Part shown: positions 20,116-30,381 of the stretch, one piece after another
How the letters are laid out: every line of letters begins with the position of its first letter
Numbering within the stretch: position 1 is the first letter of the stretch
Assembly: GCA_005893295.1 (NCBI GenBank)
Contig: VBOY01000031.1
Span: 1,730-65,729 of the forward strand
Reading direction: 5' to 3'
Length of the DNA stretch: 64,000 nt
From: Candidatus Eiseniibacteriota bacterium
GTDB taxonomy: Bacteria; Eisenbacteria; RBG-16-71-46
Translations under genes and position numbers: made by a program
Notes under the pieces: model-generated
What the model saw: only the letters and a program-made list of their open reading frames with translations
Told to the model about the DNA's origin: nothing
The model's database searches: none

Positions 20116-21084
20116 ATGAAGGCGATCCGCATCCACCAGCACGGCGGTCCGGAGGTGTTGCGCTACGAAGACGTGGCGGATGCCCCCGCTCCCCCCGGGC
20201 AGGTGCGCGTGCGCGTCGCGGCAGCGGGCGTGAACTTCATCGACACCTATCAGCGCAGCGGGCTCTATACGCTGCCGCTCCCCGCGATTCTCGGCCAGGA
20301 AGGAGCCGGGACCATCGAGGAGGCCGGGCCGGGCGTGACCGAGTTCGCGCGCGGCGAGCGCGTCGTGTGGGCGGGGCCTCAGGGAGCCTACGCCGAGATT
20401 GCCACCGTGCCGGCCGATCGCGCGGTGAGGGTGCCGGATGGCGTGGACGATCGCCTGGCCGCCGCCCTCATGCTCCAGGGCATCACCGCCCACTACCTGG
20501 CGACGTCGACGTTTCCGCTCCACGCGGGCCACGTATGCTTGGTGCACGCCGCGGCAGGCGGAGTGGGACTGCTGCTGTGTCAGATCGCGAAGCGCCGAGG
20601 TGCCCGGGTGATCGGAACCTGCTCGACGCCCGACAAGGCCAAGCTCGCCCGCGGAGCCGGCGCGGACCACGTGATCCTCTATGGTCAAGAGGACTTCGAG
20701 TCGGAGGCGCGGCGTCTCACCGATGGCGTGGGTGTGGACGTGGTCTACGATTCGGTGGGCCGCGCCACGTTCGAGAAGAGCCTCGGATCACTCGCCCGCC
20801 GCGGGACGCTGGTCCTGTTCGGCGCGTCGAGCGGACCCGTCCCACCGTTCGATCCGCAAGTGCTCAGTTCCCGAGGATCGCTCTATCTCACCCGCCCGAA
20901 CCTCGGCAACTACACGGCGACTCGCGAGGAGCTGCTCGATCGAGCGGGCGAGGTGCTGAAGTGGGTGGAGGATGGAAGCCTCTCGGTCCGCGTCTGGGCC
21001 GAGCTCCCGCTTGAGCGCGCCGCGGACGCGCACCGGGACTTGGAAGGGCGGCGCACCACGGGGAAGGTGCTGTTGATACCGTAG
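20116..21084 (+). CDS. qor: NADPH:quinone oxidoreductase (zeta-crystallin/Qor)
   Basis: GGPEVL, GVNFIDTY, HAAAGGVG, VVYDSVG and TTGKVLL motifs. Confidence 0.9.
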   Translation: MKAIRIHQHGGPEVLRYEDVADAPAPPGQVRVRVAAAGVNFIDTYQRSGLYTLPLPAILGQEGAGTIEEAGPGVTEFARGERVVWAGPQGAYAEIATVPADRAVRVPDGVDDRLAAALMLQGITAHYLATSTFPLHAGHVCLVHAAAGGVGLLLCQIAKRRGARVIGTCSTPDKAKLARGAGADHVILYGQEDFESEARRLTDGVGVDVVYDSVGRATFEKSLGSLARRGTLVLFGASSGPVPPFDPQVLSSRGSLYLTRPNLGNYTATREELLDRAGEVLKWVEDGSLSVRVWAELPLERAADAHRDLEGRRTTGKVLLIP

Positions 21085-21169
21085 GGCGAGCGCGACCTGA
21101 CGGAGCGATCGAGCCTCGCTTCGCCGGCTCCCGCTTGCGGCCACACACACGCTGCGGTTCCATGTCGCC

Positions 21170-22048
21170 ATGCAGCTCCTGATCGAGCACGTGAGCAAGC
21201 GTTACGGCCAGGATCTCTGGGCGCTCAGCGACTTCAGTCTCACGCTCGCCCCCGGTGTGCTCGGGCTCCTCGGTCCCAACGGAGCCGGAAAGTCTACGCT
21301 CATGCGCGTTCTCGCCACCATCACCCGGCCGACGCGGGGACGGGTGCTGTGGGACGGCGACGACATCGCGGCGCGTCCCGATCCACTCCGGCGCGTGCTC
21401 GGCTATCTCCCGCAGGATTTCGGCATCTATCCCAACCTCAGCGCCACGGAGTTCCTCGAGTACCTGGCGGCCGTGCGCGGCCTCGAGGCTCGGACGGCGC
21501 GCAAGCGGATCGATCGGCTTCTCGACCTGGTGAATCTCGCCGACGTGCGGCGGCGCCCGCTCGGTGGGTTCTCGGGCGGCATGCGCCAGCGGGTCGGCAT
21601 TGCGCAAGCGCTTCTCAACGATCCGCACCTTCTGATCGTGGATGAACCGACCGGCGGCCTCGATCCCGAGGAGCGGGTTCGCTTCCGAAACCTGCTTGGC
21701 GACCTCGCGGGTGACCGCATCGTGATCCTGTCGACGCACATCGTCTCGGACGTGGAGGCGGTGGCGACCCGCATCGTGCTGATCGCGCGCGGTCGCCTGG
21801 TTCTGGAGGCAGCCCCCGAGGCGCTCCTGGCGAGCGCCACCGGCAAGGTCTGGGAGTGGGAGATACCGAGCGGGGATCTCGTCGCGGTGCGCCAGCAGCA
21901 TCGCGTGAGCGGGGTGCTGCGGCGCGCCCAAGGCGCCACCGTCCGGGTCGTGGCGGACCAGATGCCGGGCCCGGGCGCCCGCCCCGTTCCGCCCACGCTC
22001 GAAGACGCGTACCTGACCGCGCTCCCGGCGCCGACCGCGGCTTCGTGA
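21170..22048 (+). CDS. ABC transporter ATP-binding protein
   Basis: Walker A GPNGAGKS, signature FSGGMRQR, Walker B LIVDEP and STH switch. Confidence 0.93.
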   Translation: MQLLIEHVSKRYGQDLWALSDFSLTLAPGVLGLLGPNGAGKSTLMRVLATITRPTRGRVLWDGDDIAARPDPLRRVLGYLPQDFGIYPNLSATEFLEYLAAVRGLEARTARKRIDRLLDLVNLADVRRRPLGGFSGGMRQRVGIAQALLNDPHLLIVDEPTGGLDPEERVRFRNLLGDLAGDRIVILSTHIVSDVEAVATRIVLIARGRLVLEAAPEALLASATGKVWEWEIPSGDLVAVRQQHRVSGVLRRAQGATVRVVADQMPGPGARPVPPTLEDAYLTALPAPTAAS

Positions 22049-22080
22049 TGCGCGGCCGGTAGGGGGAACGAGGAGCGCGG

Positions 22081-23712
22081 ATGACCTTCGGACGGGTGCT
22101 TCGGATGCTCCAGCACATCGTCCTGTCCGACTTCCGGGAGCGGGTGCGCCGGCACGCCTTCATCATCACGCTGGCGTTCACGGTGTATGCGGCCTACATC
22201 TTTCTGCCACCGAACGGCGCGCCCTACGTGACGTTCCAGGTGGGCGGTGCGCGTGGCCTCTACGATTCCGCGTGGGTCGGGTGCACGGTGGCGCTCCTGA
22301 CCTCGGCGTTCCTGTCCCTTGCCGGCTTCTACCTGGTCAAGAACGCCATCGAGCGGGATCGGAGCACGGGCGTGGGCCAGATCCTCGCGACCACTCCGAT
22401 CACGAAGCCGCTCTACACGCTCGGGAAGGCGATCAGCAATTTCGCCGTGCTCGCGGTGTTGGCGTGCGCGGTGGCGGTGTGCGCAATCGGCATGCAGCTG
22501 CTGCGCGCGGAGCACACGGATGTCCGGCCGCTCGACGTCTTTGCGCCCTTCGCGATCGCCACCCTGCCGGCTCTCGCCGTGGTCGCGGCGCTCGCGGTGC
22601 TCTTCGAGGCCATCCCGTGGCTGCGGGGCGGGTTGGGCAACATCGTCTATTTCTTCCTATGGGGTGCTCTCGCCATGCCCGGCTCATCCTTGGTGGTGCC
22701 GCAGCCGGGGCTCGGAAACGCACTCGGCACGTCGGCGTTGGTTCCGCAAATGGCCCGCGGTGTCGCCTCCGCCTTCCCCGACATCGATTTGGCCACCGCG
22801 CGAACGAGCTTGGGCCTCACCTTCACCGAAAGGCCGCTCCAGCTGCGCACCTTCGATTGGGCCGGTCTCGAATGGGATCCGAGCACGGTGCTTCCGCGAC
22901 TCGCCTGGATGGCCATCGCCGCCGCGATTGCGCTCCTCGCGGCGGTCCCGTTCGATCGCTTCGACGTCGCGCGTGGCGTGGGGATTCGGCTCCGCGGGCG
23001 ACGGCAGGCTGGGGCGGAATTCGGCCCGCCCGTCTCGGAGCTCGACCAGGCGACCTCGTCGGTTCGCGCTCCGGTCCTCGTCGAACCCCCGAGCATTGCC
23101 CAGCGGGACGACCGACTGGTGGCGATGCTGCGAGCCGAGCTCCTGCTGGTGCGCAAGGACATGCCGCGTGCTTGGGCCCTGGTCGCGCTGGCGCTCGGCG
23201 TGGCGTGCTGGTTGGCGCCGCTCACGATCGCGCGCTTCTGGCTGTCGCCATTCGCCTGGATCTGGCCGGTACTTCTGTGGTCCGCGCTTGGAGCACGCGA
23301 GGCTCGCCACGGCACGCACGCGCTCGTCTTTCCCGCACCACACCCGATCGCGCGCCAGCTCAAGGCCACGTGGCTTTCGGGGTTCTCGATCGCGCTTGCG
23401 ATGGGAAGCGGCGTGGGCGTGCGTCTCGCGCTCGCGGGCGATACGGCAGGCGCGCTTTCATGGCTCGTGGGCGCGACGTTCATCCCTTCGATGGCGCTCG
23501 CGTGCGGCGTGTGGACCGGGAGCGGGAAGCTCTTCGAAATCCTCTACTTGCTCCTCTGGTATGCGGGGCCCTTGAACCACGTCCCGTTTCTCGACTATGC
23601 GGCGACCGTCCCCGCGAGCGTGGTGAGCGGCGCACCGCTCGGCTTCGGCGCAGCGGCGCTCGCGCTGTTGGCGATCGCCACCGCCGGCCGGGCACGCCGC
23701 ATTAAGCGCTGA
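22081..23712 (+). CDS. ABC-2 type permease-like membrane protein (two hydrophobic halves)
   Basis: 543-aa ORF with many TM segments and an ERDRSTGVGQILATTP motif, directly after the ATPase. Confidence 0.75.
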   Translation: MTFGRVLRMLQHIVLSDFRERVRRHAFIITLAFTVYAAYIFLPPNGAPYVTFQVGGARGLYDSAWVGCTVALLTSAFLSLAGFYLVKNAIERDRSTGVGQILATTPITKPLYTLGKAISNFAVLAVLACAVAVCAIGMQLLRAEHTDVRPLDVFAPFAIATLPALAVVAALAVLFEAIPWLRGGLGNIVYFFLWGALAMPGSSLVVPQPGLGNALGTSALVPQMARGVASAFPDIDLATARTSLGLTFTERPLQLRTFDWAGLEWDPSTVLPRLAWMAIAAAIALLAAVPFDRFDVARGVGIRLRGRRQAGAEFGPPVSELDQATSSVRAPVLVEPPSIAQRDDRLVAMLRAELLLVRKDMPRAWALVALALGVACWLAPLTIARFWLSPFAWIWPVLLWSALGAREARHGTHALVFPAPHPIARQLKATWLSGFSIALAMGSGVGVRLALAGDTAGALSWLVGATFIPSMALACGVWTGSGKLFEILYLLLWYAGPLNHVPFLDYAATVPASVVSGAPLGFGAAALALLAIATAGRARRIKR

Positions 23713-23852
23713 CGGCTCGAGTGGATCGAGCAGCGCCTGACTAAACCTCGACCGTCGGCGCGCCGATACCCAGGGCACGCTCGCGGGGACGAGGGAGCGG
23801 GGAAGAGCCGAGCCCAAGGCAATCCGAAGTGGGCCGCACGCGAGCGCGTCGG

Positions 23853-23881
23853 TTGACGCTCCCCGACCCCTGTGCTAGTTT
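23853..23881 (+). promoter_or_regulatory. Sigma70-type promoter TTGACG-N17-TAGTTT with extended -10 TG
   Basis: Near-consensus hexamers with 17-bp spacing upstream of the phoH operon. Confidence 0.65.
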
Positions 23882-23888
23882 TGCTTAC

Positions 23889-24057
23889 GTCCGGGGCCCA
23901 TACGACTCACCGTAGCGCCTTCGCAGCGGGGTTGCGGACAAAAGGAAGCCTCTGAACGACAAACAGTTGCTGGACCATCACATAAGCAAGACGGCATCCT
24001 CACCGCTCTTGACCTGGTCCCCCACGGGGCCTGTCCGGTCAGGAGTTTTGTGTTTTT
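23889..24057 (+). ncRNA. Candidate structured 5' leader or sRNA upstream of phoH, ending in a terminator-like hairpin
   Basis: GTCCG/CGGAC-closed multi-stem, an A-rich linker, then a CTCTTGACC/GGTCAGGAG stem followed by TTTTGTGTTTTT. Confidence 0.4.
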
Positions 24058-24078
24058 CCGGGCCACGAGGTCTCCCCT

Positions 24079-25167
24079 GTGACGATCCGTAAGGTACCGA
24101 TCGAGCATCTGGATCCGGTCCGCCTCCTGGGATTGAACGACGCCAACCTCCGTCAGATCGAGAGCACGCTGCCGGTACGCATCACGCTGCGCGAAGGAAC
24201 CATCACCGTCGCGGGCGAAGAAGAGGCCGTGGGCTCGGCGTCGCGGACGCTTCACGAGCTGGTCGAGCTGGCCGAGCGCGGCAAGGTGATCGAGGAGGCC
24301 GACGTGGCGACGGCACTCGGTTTGGCACGCCGCAACGGTGATCCACCGGGCCGGCTGGCGAGCGCCTACGACGGCGCTCCGGGCTTTTCGTTCGACCGCA
24401 AGACCGTGCGCCCGCGGACCCCGATGCAGGCCGAGTACTTAAAGGCCCTGCAAGAGCGCGAAGTCGTCTTCGCGATCGGACCGGCCGGCACCGGCAAGAC
24501 GTATCTCGCGGTCGCTTCGGCCGTTCAGGCGCTGCGCCACAAGCAGGTCGAGCGCATCGTGCTGGTGCGCCCTGCGGTCGAGGCGGGGGAGAGCTTGGGT
24601 TTCCTCCCGGGCGACATGCAGGAAAAGGTGGATCCTTATCTGCGCCCGATGTACGACGCGCTCGCCGACCTGATGTCCTACGACAAGATGCGGCGCTACG
24701 TCGAGCTCGGAGTGATCGAGATCGCTCCGCTCGCCTTCATGCGCGGCCGCACGTTGCACAACTCGTTCGTGATCTTGGACGAAGCGCAGAACACCACCGT
24801 ACGCCAGATGAAGATGTTCCTCACCCGCATGGGGCTCAACTCCCGGGCGGTGATCACCGGCGACATCACGCAGATCGACCTGCGCGACCCCGACAGCTCA
24901 GGCCTGGTGCGAATCCAGGGCATCCTGGGGCCGATCCGCGACATCCGCTTCATCTACTTCCACCCCGAGGACGTGGTGCGGCACCGCCTGGTGCGCGACA
25001 TCATCCGTGCCTTCGATCAGTACCATGCGCGGCAGAACGGCAAGACCGAGGACGGAGTGGGCACGAGCCTGGACCCCGATGCGGCCGAGTCCGAGGCCGC
25101 GCGGGAGGTCGTTCAACCTCCCCCGGGTGAACCTTCGGACAGCGGGGCCCGCGGGTCCTCGCTCTAA
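24079..25167 (+). CDS. phoH: PhoH family ATPase
   Basis: GPAGTGKTY, RPAVEAGESLGFLPGD, MRGRT, LDEAQN and VVRHRLV motifs. Confidence 0.93.
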   Translation: MTIRKVPIEHLDPVRLLGLNDANLRQIESTLPVRITLREGTITVAGEEEAVGSASRTLHELVELAERGKVIEEADVATALGLARRNGDPPGRLASAYDGAPGFSFDRKTVRPRTPMQAEYLKALQEREVVFAIGPAGTGKTYLAVASAVQALRHKQVERIVLVRPAVEAGESLGFLPGDMQEKVDPYLRPMYDALADLMSYDKMRRYVELGVIEIAPLAFMRGRTLHNSFVILDEAQNTTVRQMKMFLTRMGLNSRAVITGDITQIDLRDPDSSGLVRIQGILGPIRDIRFIYFHPEDVVRHRLVRDIIRAFDQYHARQNGKTEDGVGTSLDPDAAESEAAREVVQPPPGEPSDSGARGSSL

Positions 25168-25185
25168 GGGCCCCGCGCGATTTCG

Positions 25186-27422
25186 TTGCCGCACACGATG
25201 ACCACGGAAGGCTCGACTCCGCTTCCGTCGCTGCCGGGGCGCGCGCGTCCCGTCCACTGGCGCAACCTCCTGGTGCGCTCCCTGCTGGTCGGCGCGCTGC
25301 TGGCGCTCGCGGCCGGGCTTCCTGGGGCCAGCCGGATGCGCGACAAGTACGGCTACCGCGAGGGAGACATCGCGCGCGAGCGCATCGTGGCCCCGTTCGA
25401 CTTCCGCGTGATCAAGGACGAGACGTCGCTCAGGCGCGAGCAGCAGGCAGCAGCGTCGGCCGTGCCCCCGGTGTTCGCGGTCGATGCGCGCGTCTCGTCG
25501 GAGACCCTGAATCGCTTCGCGACCTTCCAGGAGCAAGCGTTGGCCGTGGTCCTCGACCCCGAGATGGAAACGGCGGACCGCTTGCAACGACTGCGCACGC
25601 TCGGAGTCCCGCTCTCCGAGGAAGCCGCCGCGGCGCTGGCCACGCCGGGCCGAGCGCGGCGTGCGCTGCGCGAGCTGGGGGCGCTGCTCAACGAGGCCTT
25701 CGCCGCGGGCGTGGTGGCCGAGAAGCGCAACGGCCTGCTGCTCGGCTACGGCAGCGTGACGCTGCGCGAGGGAGAGGCCGAACAGGCACGGCCGGTGGGC
25801 CTGCTGTTCGACCGGCGCGAGGCGTTGGCGCGGGTCGAGCGCCGGGCCAAGGGAGTGTTCGCGGGCGACCCGGCGGGAGTGCGCATGATGCTCGAGCTGG
25901 CCACGCCGTTCGTGCAGCCGAACGTCGCCTACGATCGCGCCGAGACCGAGTACCGTCGCGTCCAGGCCCAGGGATCGGTGCTGACCATGGTGGGCTCGGT
26001 ACAGAAGGACGAGCTCATCGTGGATGCCAACCAGCGCATCGACCACGCGGCGGTGCTCAAGCTGCGCTCGCTGCGCGACATCGAAATGGCGCGCCGCGAC
26101 ACCCCCGAGTTCCTCTACCCGCCGCTCGCACGCATGCTGCTCATGCTGCTGTTCATCGCCGCCTTCGCCACGTATCTACGCATGGAGCTGCCGGCGGTGT
26201 TCCGGAACAATGCGATGCTCGCCACCTTCACGCTGCTCACCGCAGTGGTGGTGGCGGTGGCGCAGGTGCTGGTGGGAACGCTCGGGCTGTCGAGTTCACG
26301 GTGCCGCTCGCGGTGGGACCGGTGGTGGTGGCCTCGCTGCTGGACAAGCGGCCGGCGCTGGTGTTCACGCTCATGCTGGCGGTGGCGGTCACCGCGGTGG
26401 TCGAGCTGCGGGCGCCGTTCATGCCGGTGGCGCTGCTCGGCGGCGTCACGGCGATCTACTCGGTGTCGCGGTTACGACATCGCTGGCATTTCGCGCGCGC
26501 CAACCTGACCATCGCGGTCGCCAACCTGTCCGCCATCCTGGCCTGGGACCTGGCCCGCGCCACCCCCCTGCAAACCGTGGCACGCGACGCCATGTGGGGA
26601 GGACTCAACAGCATTCTCGCGGTCTCGCTCGCGTTCGTGCTACTGCCGATCGTGGAGCATTGGTTCGGGCTGACCTCCGACATCACGCTGCTCGAGCTCT
26701 CCGATCTCAATCGCCCGCTGCTCAAGCGGCTCCAGCTCGAAGCACCAGGGACCTACCACCACAGCATGGTGGTCGGAAGTCTGGCCGAGGCCGCGGCCGA
26801 GGCGACGGGAGCAAACTCGCTGCTCGCCCGGGTATCGGCCTATTACCACGACATCGGCAAGCTCGCGAAGCCCGAGTACTACACCGAGAACGAGCCGGTG
26901 GCCTCGCGAAGCCGACACGAGAAGCTCGCCCCGAGCATGAGCGTGCTGGTGGTGAAGTCGCACGTGTCCGAAGGGCTCGAGATGGCGCGCCGCGAGCACC
27001 TGCCGCGGGCGGTGCTGGCGGCGATCCCCGAGCATCACGGCACGATGGTGATGGCGTTCTTCTACCACAAGGCGCTCGAGCACGACGCGATGGCGCACCG
27101 CGAGGACTTCTGCTACGCGGGACCACGCCCGCGCTCGAAGGAGACCGCGATCCTGATGCTGGCCGACGGCGTCGAGGGGGCGTCGCGCGCGCTCGCGGAG
27201 CCGACGCCGAGCCGAATCCGCGGGCTCGTGACCCGCATCCTGGACGAGCGCGTTCGGGAAGGGCAGCTCGACGAGTGCGGCCTCACGCTCTCCGAGCTGG
27301 CGCGGATCCGCGAGGCGTTCATCCCGGTGCTCACCGCGATCTTCCACGTGCGCGCGCCCTACCCCGAGGATCCGAGACGGAGGCCCAAGTCGGATGCCGA
27401 TCTCCGTCGCGAGCCGGCATAG
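25186..27422 (+). pseudogene. 7TM-HD phosphohydrolase (PgpH/YqfF-like), frameshifted near 26290
   Basis: Extracellular 7TMR-HDED part in one frame; TM helices plus HHS..YYHDIGK..HHGT..MLAD in another. Adding one G restores LGLSEFTVPLAVG. Confidence 0.8.
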
Positions 27423-27861
27423 GGCCCGCGGGCTGGCCGTTCCGTTGCGCGCCTTGGTGCGGATGGTGCTCGCCGGCGAGGGCCGCCGGCCGGGAGAGAT
27501 CGGCATCGTGCTCGCCGACGACCTCACGTTGCGCCGTCTCAACCACCGCCACCGCGGGATCGACCGCGCCACCGACGTGCTGTCGTTCGGCTACGAGGAC
27601 GGTTCCCGGGCAGGCGTCGCGGGCGTTTCCGGCGATATCGTGATCTCGCTCGAACGCATGGTCGAGCAATCGCGGCGCTACCGCGTCAGCCGCGGGCGGG
27701 AGCTGGCGCGGCTCGTGATCCACGGGGCGCTCCACCTCGCGGGCCTTGATCACCAGCGGGCAGCGGAGCGCCGCGTCATGCGGCGTCGTGAGGAGCGCGC
27801 GCTCGAGGGCTCGCGGGGCGCGATCCGCGCCCTGGATCGATCGCTGCGCTTGGATCGGTAG
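27394..27861 (+). CDS. ybeY: rRNA maturation endoribonuclease YbeY
   Basis: LN..RG.D..TDVLSF, GDIVIS and HGALHLAGLDH motifs. Confidence 0.92.
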   Translation: MPISVASRHRARGLAVPLRALVRMVLAGEGRRPGEIGIVLADDLTLRRLNHRHRGIDRATDVLSFGYEDGSRAGVAGVSGDIVISLERMVEQSRRYRVSRGRELARLVIHGALHLAGLDHQRAAERRVMRRREERALEGSRGAIRALDRSLRLDR

Positions 27862-27923
27862 CTGCCCGGCGATTTGTGACCCGGGCGCGCACATCGTAGA
27901 GTCTCCGTAAGGACTCTCGACCG

Positions 27924-28634
27924 ATGACCGACGATCTCGCGCGCCGCCCCGGCCTGCTCCAAGCGCTTCGGAACTATCTGTTTACCGGGCTCTTGGTGCT
28001 GGCCCCCACCGCGATCACCCTGTGGGTGTTCTTCCGGCTGCTCAACTGGGTGGACAACCTGCTGGGGCGCTACTTCCGTTTCGCGGCCCTCGACTACCAC
28101 CGCATCCCCGGGATCGGGCTCGTCACCACGCTGCTGCTGCTGGTGCTGGTCGGTTGGGTGGCGTCGTGGATCGGCGCCCGGTCGATGTTCGCGATGTGGG
28201 ACAGCCTGTTGACCCGCATTCCGGGCATCGGCATCCTGTACGGTTCGACCAAATCGCTCGGCGAGGCGTTCCTCACCAGGAAGAAGGAAGTCTTCCGGCA
28301 GGTGGTCCTGGTGCAGTGGCCCCATCCTGGCATGTGGCGCATCGGCTTCCTGACCGGCCCGCCCAGCAGCGAGGTGCGCGCTCGCTTCGAAGAGGAAATC
28401 GAGGTGGTGTTCGTGCCGCACACGCCCAATCCGGCTTCGGGCTTCGTCCACTACGTGCCCAAAGCCTCGATCGTCCATCTCGACTGGCCGATCGAAGACG
28501 GTCTCAAGGTGGTCGTCTCGGGAGGCGTCGTGCAACCAAACCACGTGCGGCTCAAGGAGCCCACGGCCCCTGAGGCCGCGTGGGCCGGAGCCACGCCGAA
28601 GACGCCCGCGAGCACCGAAGCGCGGAAGACTTAG
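27924..28634 (+). CDS. DUF502 membrane protein
   Basis: Two TM helices, with [22 protein letters not shown] and VVSGG motifs. Confidence 0.88.
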   Translation: MTDDLARRPGLLQALRNYLFTGLLVLAPTAITLWVFFRLLNWVDNLLGRYFRFAALDYHRIPGIGLVTTLLLLVLVGWVASWIGARSMFAMWDSLLTRIPGIGILYGSTKSLGEAFLTRKKEVFRQVVLVQWPHPGMWRIGFLTGPPSSEVRARFEEEIEVVFVPHTPNPASGFVHYVPKASIVHLDWPIEDGLKVVVSGGVVQPNHVRLKEPTAPEAAWAGATPKTPASTEARKT

Positions 28635-28636
28635 CC

Positions 28637-29425
28637 ATGCCGCTCGCTCGCTGCGAAGGCATCGTGATCAAGACCTATGCGCTCGGCGACACCAGCCGCA
28701 TCGTGGTGGTCTACACGCGCGAGCACGGCTTGCTCAAGCTGGTGGCGAAGGGGGCGCGCAAGACCCCGAGCCGGTTCGGCTTCGCGCTCGAGCCGCTATC
28801 GCGCTCGCGCTTCGTGATCTACCACAAGCCGGATCGCGATCTGCACCTGCTCTCGCAGGCCGATACGCTGGCCCCGAACGGCTCGGAGATCGCCGACCTC
28901 GCGCGGCTCGCCCACGCCGAGGCCGCCCTCGAGCTGATCGACCGTCTGGTGTGGGGAGAGGAGCCGCACGCCGAGCTGTTCGACCTGCTCGCCACCACGG
29001 TCGAGAGCGTGACGCGCGCCCCGCTGGCTTCGCTGGGCGCCATCACCATCGCCTTCGAGCTGCAGGCGGCGAGCCTGCTCGGCTACCGGCCGCGGCTCGA
29101 CGCCTGCGCGGCCTGCGGCGGAGGACTGTCGCTGCGCCGTGTGTTCTCGCCGGCTCACGGGGGGCTCTTGTGCGATCGCTGCGCGGGCGAGCCGGGCGCG
29201 GTGCTGCTGTCGGCGGATGCGCTCGCCGGGCTGACGCTGCTGCTGTCGCGGCCGGTGTCGCAAGCGGGCGAGTTCCTCGAGGTCCAGCAGGCCGGCGAGA
29301 TCCTCAAGGTGGTGGAAGCATTCCTGCGCCATCGCTTCGAGCGCTTCCAGGGCCTGCGATCGCTCGAGCTGCTCCGCGCCCTGGCGAGCGACGAGCCGAA
29401 GGTGAGCAACCCGTGCCCGGCCTGA
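28637..29425 (+). CDS. recO: DNA repair protein RecO
   Basis: N-terminal OB fold ([21 protein letters not shown]) and CAAC..CDRC zinc finger. Confidence 0.9.
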   Translation: MPLARCEGIVIKTYALGDTSRIVVVYTREHGLLKLVAKGARKTPSRFGFALEPLSRSRFVIYHKPDRDLHLLSQADTLAPNGSEIADLARLAHAEAALELIDRLVWGEEPHAELFDLLATTVESVTRAPLASLGAITIAFELQAASLLGYRPRLDACAACGGGLSLRRVFSPAHGGLLCDRCAGEPGAVLLSADALAGLTLLLSRPVSQAGEFLEVQQAGEILKVVEAFLRHRFERFQGLRSLELLRALASDEPKVSNPCPA

Positions 29426-30381
29426 ATCCGCAGCGCTCGCTCCAGGAGATGGTGCTCACGCTCGAGACGTTCTGGGCCGAGCGCGGCTGCGTGATCCAAC
29501 AACCGTATCCTTCCGAGGTCGGCGCGGGCACGTTCAATCCCGCCACCTTCCTGCGCGCTCTGGGGCCCGAGCCCTGGCGCGTCGCCTACGTCGAGCCATC
29601 GCGGCGCCCCAAGGATGGGCGCTACGGAAAGAATCCCCACCGTTTCCAGCAGTTCTACCAGTACCAGGTGCTGCTCAAGCCCTCGCCCGAAGACGTGGTC
29701 GAGGAGTACTTCGCCTCGCTCGAATCTCTCGGGGTCGAGCCGCGCGCCCACGACCTGCGCCTGATCGAGGACGACTGGGAGTCGCCCACCTTGGGCGCAG
29801 CCGGGCTGGGCTGGCAGGTGTGGATGGACGGCACCGAGATCTCGCAGTTCACCTACTTCCAGCAGGTGGGAGGGATCGAGGTGGCTCTGGTGTCGGCCGA
29901 GCTCACCTACGGCCTCGATCGCATCGGCATGATGCTGCAGGGCAAGAACCGCGTACAGGACGTGGCCTGGGCCCCCGAGCGCCGCGCGCGAGGGCGCATC
30001 GTGGCGCACCGAGTGACGTGGGGAGATCTGTGGCTCCAAAACGAGATCGAGTACTCCCATTACAACTTCGAGCAAGCGGACACGGCGGCCCACGTGGAGA
30101 TGTTCAAGGTGTGGGAGCGTGAGGCGGATCGCCTGCTCGATCTGGGTCTGGTGAGTCCGGGCTACGACGGCGTGATCAAGTGCTCGCACCTCTTCAACGT
30201 GCTCGATGCCCGCGGCGCGATCTCGGTGAGCGAGCGAGTCGGCTACATTGCCCGGGTGCGCAAGCTCGCGCGTAAGGCCGCGCTCGCTCACCTGAAGCAG
30301 CGCGAGTCGCTGGGCTTCCCGCTGCTCGAGGACGAGGCCGAGCGAGCGAAATGGGTGAAGCCCGCGGAGGCGAGCGCGTGA
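29413..30381 (+). CDS. glyQ: Glycine--tRNA ligase alpha subunit
   Basis: [40 protein letters not shown] and ELTYGLDR motifs. Confidence 0.96.
   Translation: MPGLNPQRSLQEMVLTLETFWAERGCVIQQPYPSEVGAGTFNPATFLRALGPEPWRVAYVEPSRRPKDGRYGKNPHRFQQFYQYQVLLKPSPEDVVEEYFASLESLGVEPRAHDLRLIEDDWESPTLGAAGLGWQVWMDGTEISQFTYFQQVGGIEVALVSAELTYGLDRIGMMLQGKNRVQDVAWAPERRARGRIVAHRVTWGDLWLQNEIEYSHYNFEQADTAAHVEMFKVWEREADRLLDLGLVSPGYDGVIKCSHLFNVLDARGAISVSERVGYIARVRKLARKAALAHLKQRESLGFPLLEDEAERAKWVKPAEASA

Noticed and set aside
23889..24057. Possible tmRNA, 6S RNA or T-box
   Set aside because: No tRNA-like ends or ANDxxYALAA-type tag, no long end-to-end duplex, and no GGTGGNACC T-box; kept only as an unclassified leader.
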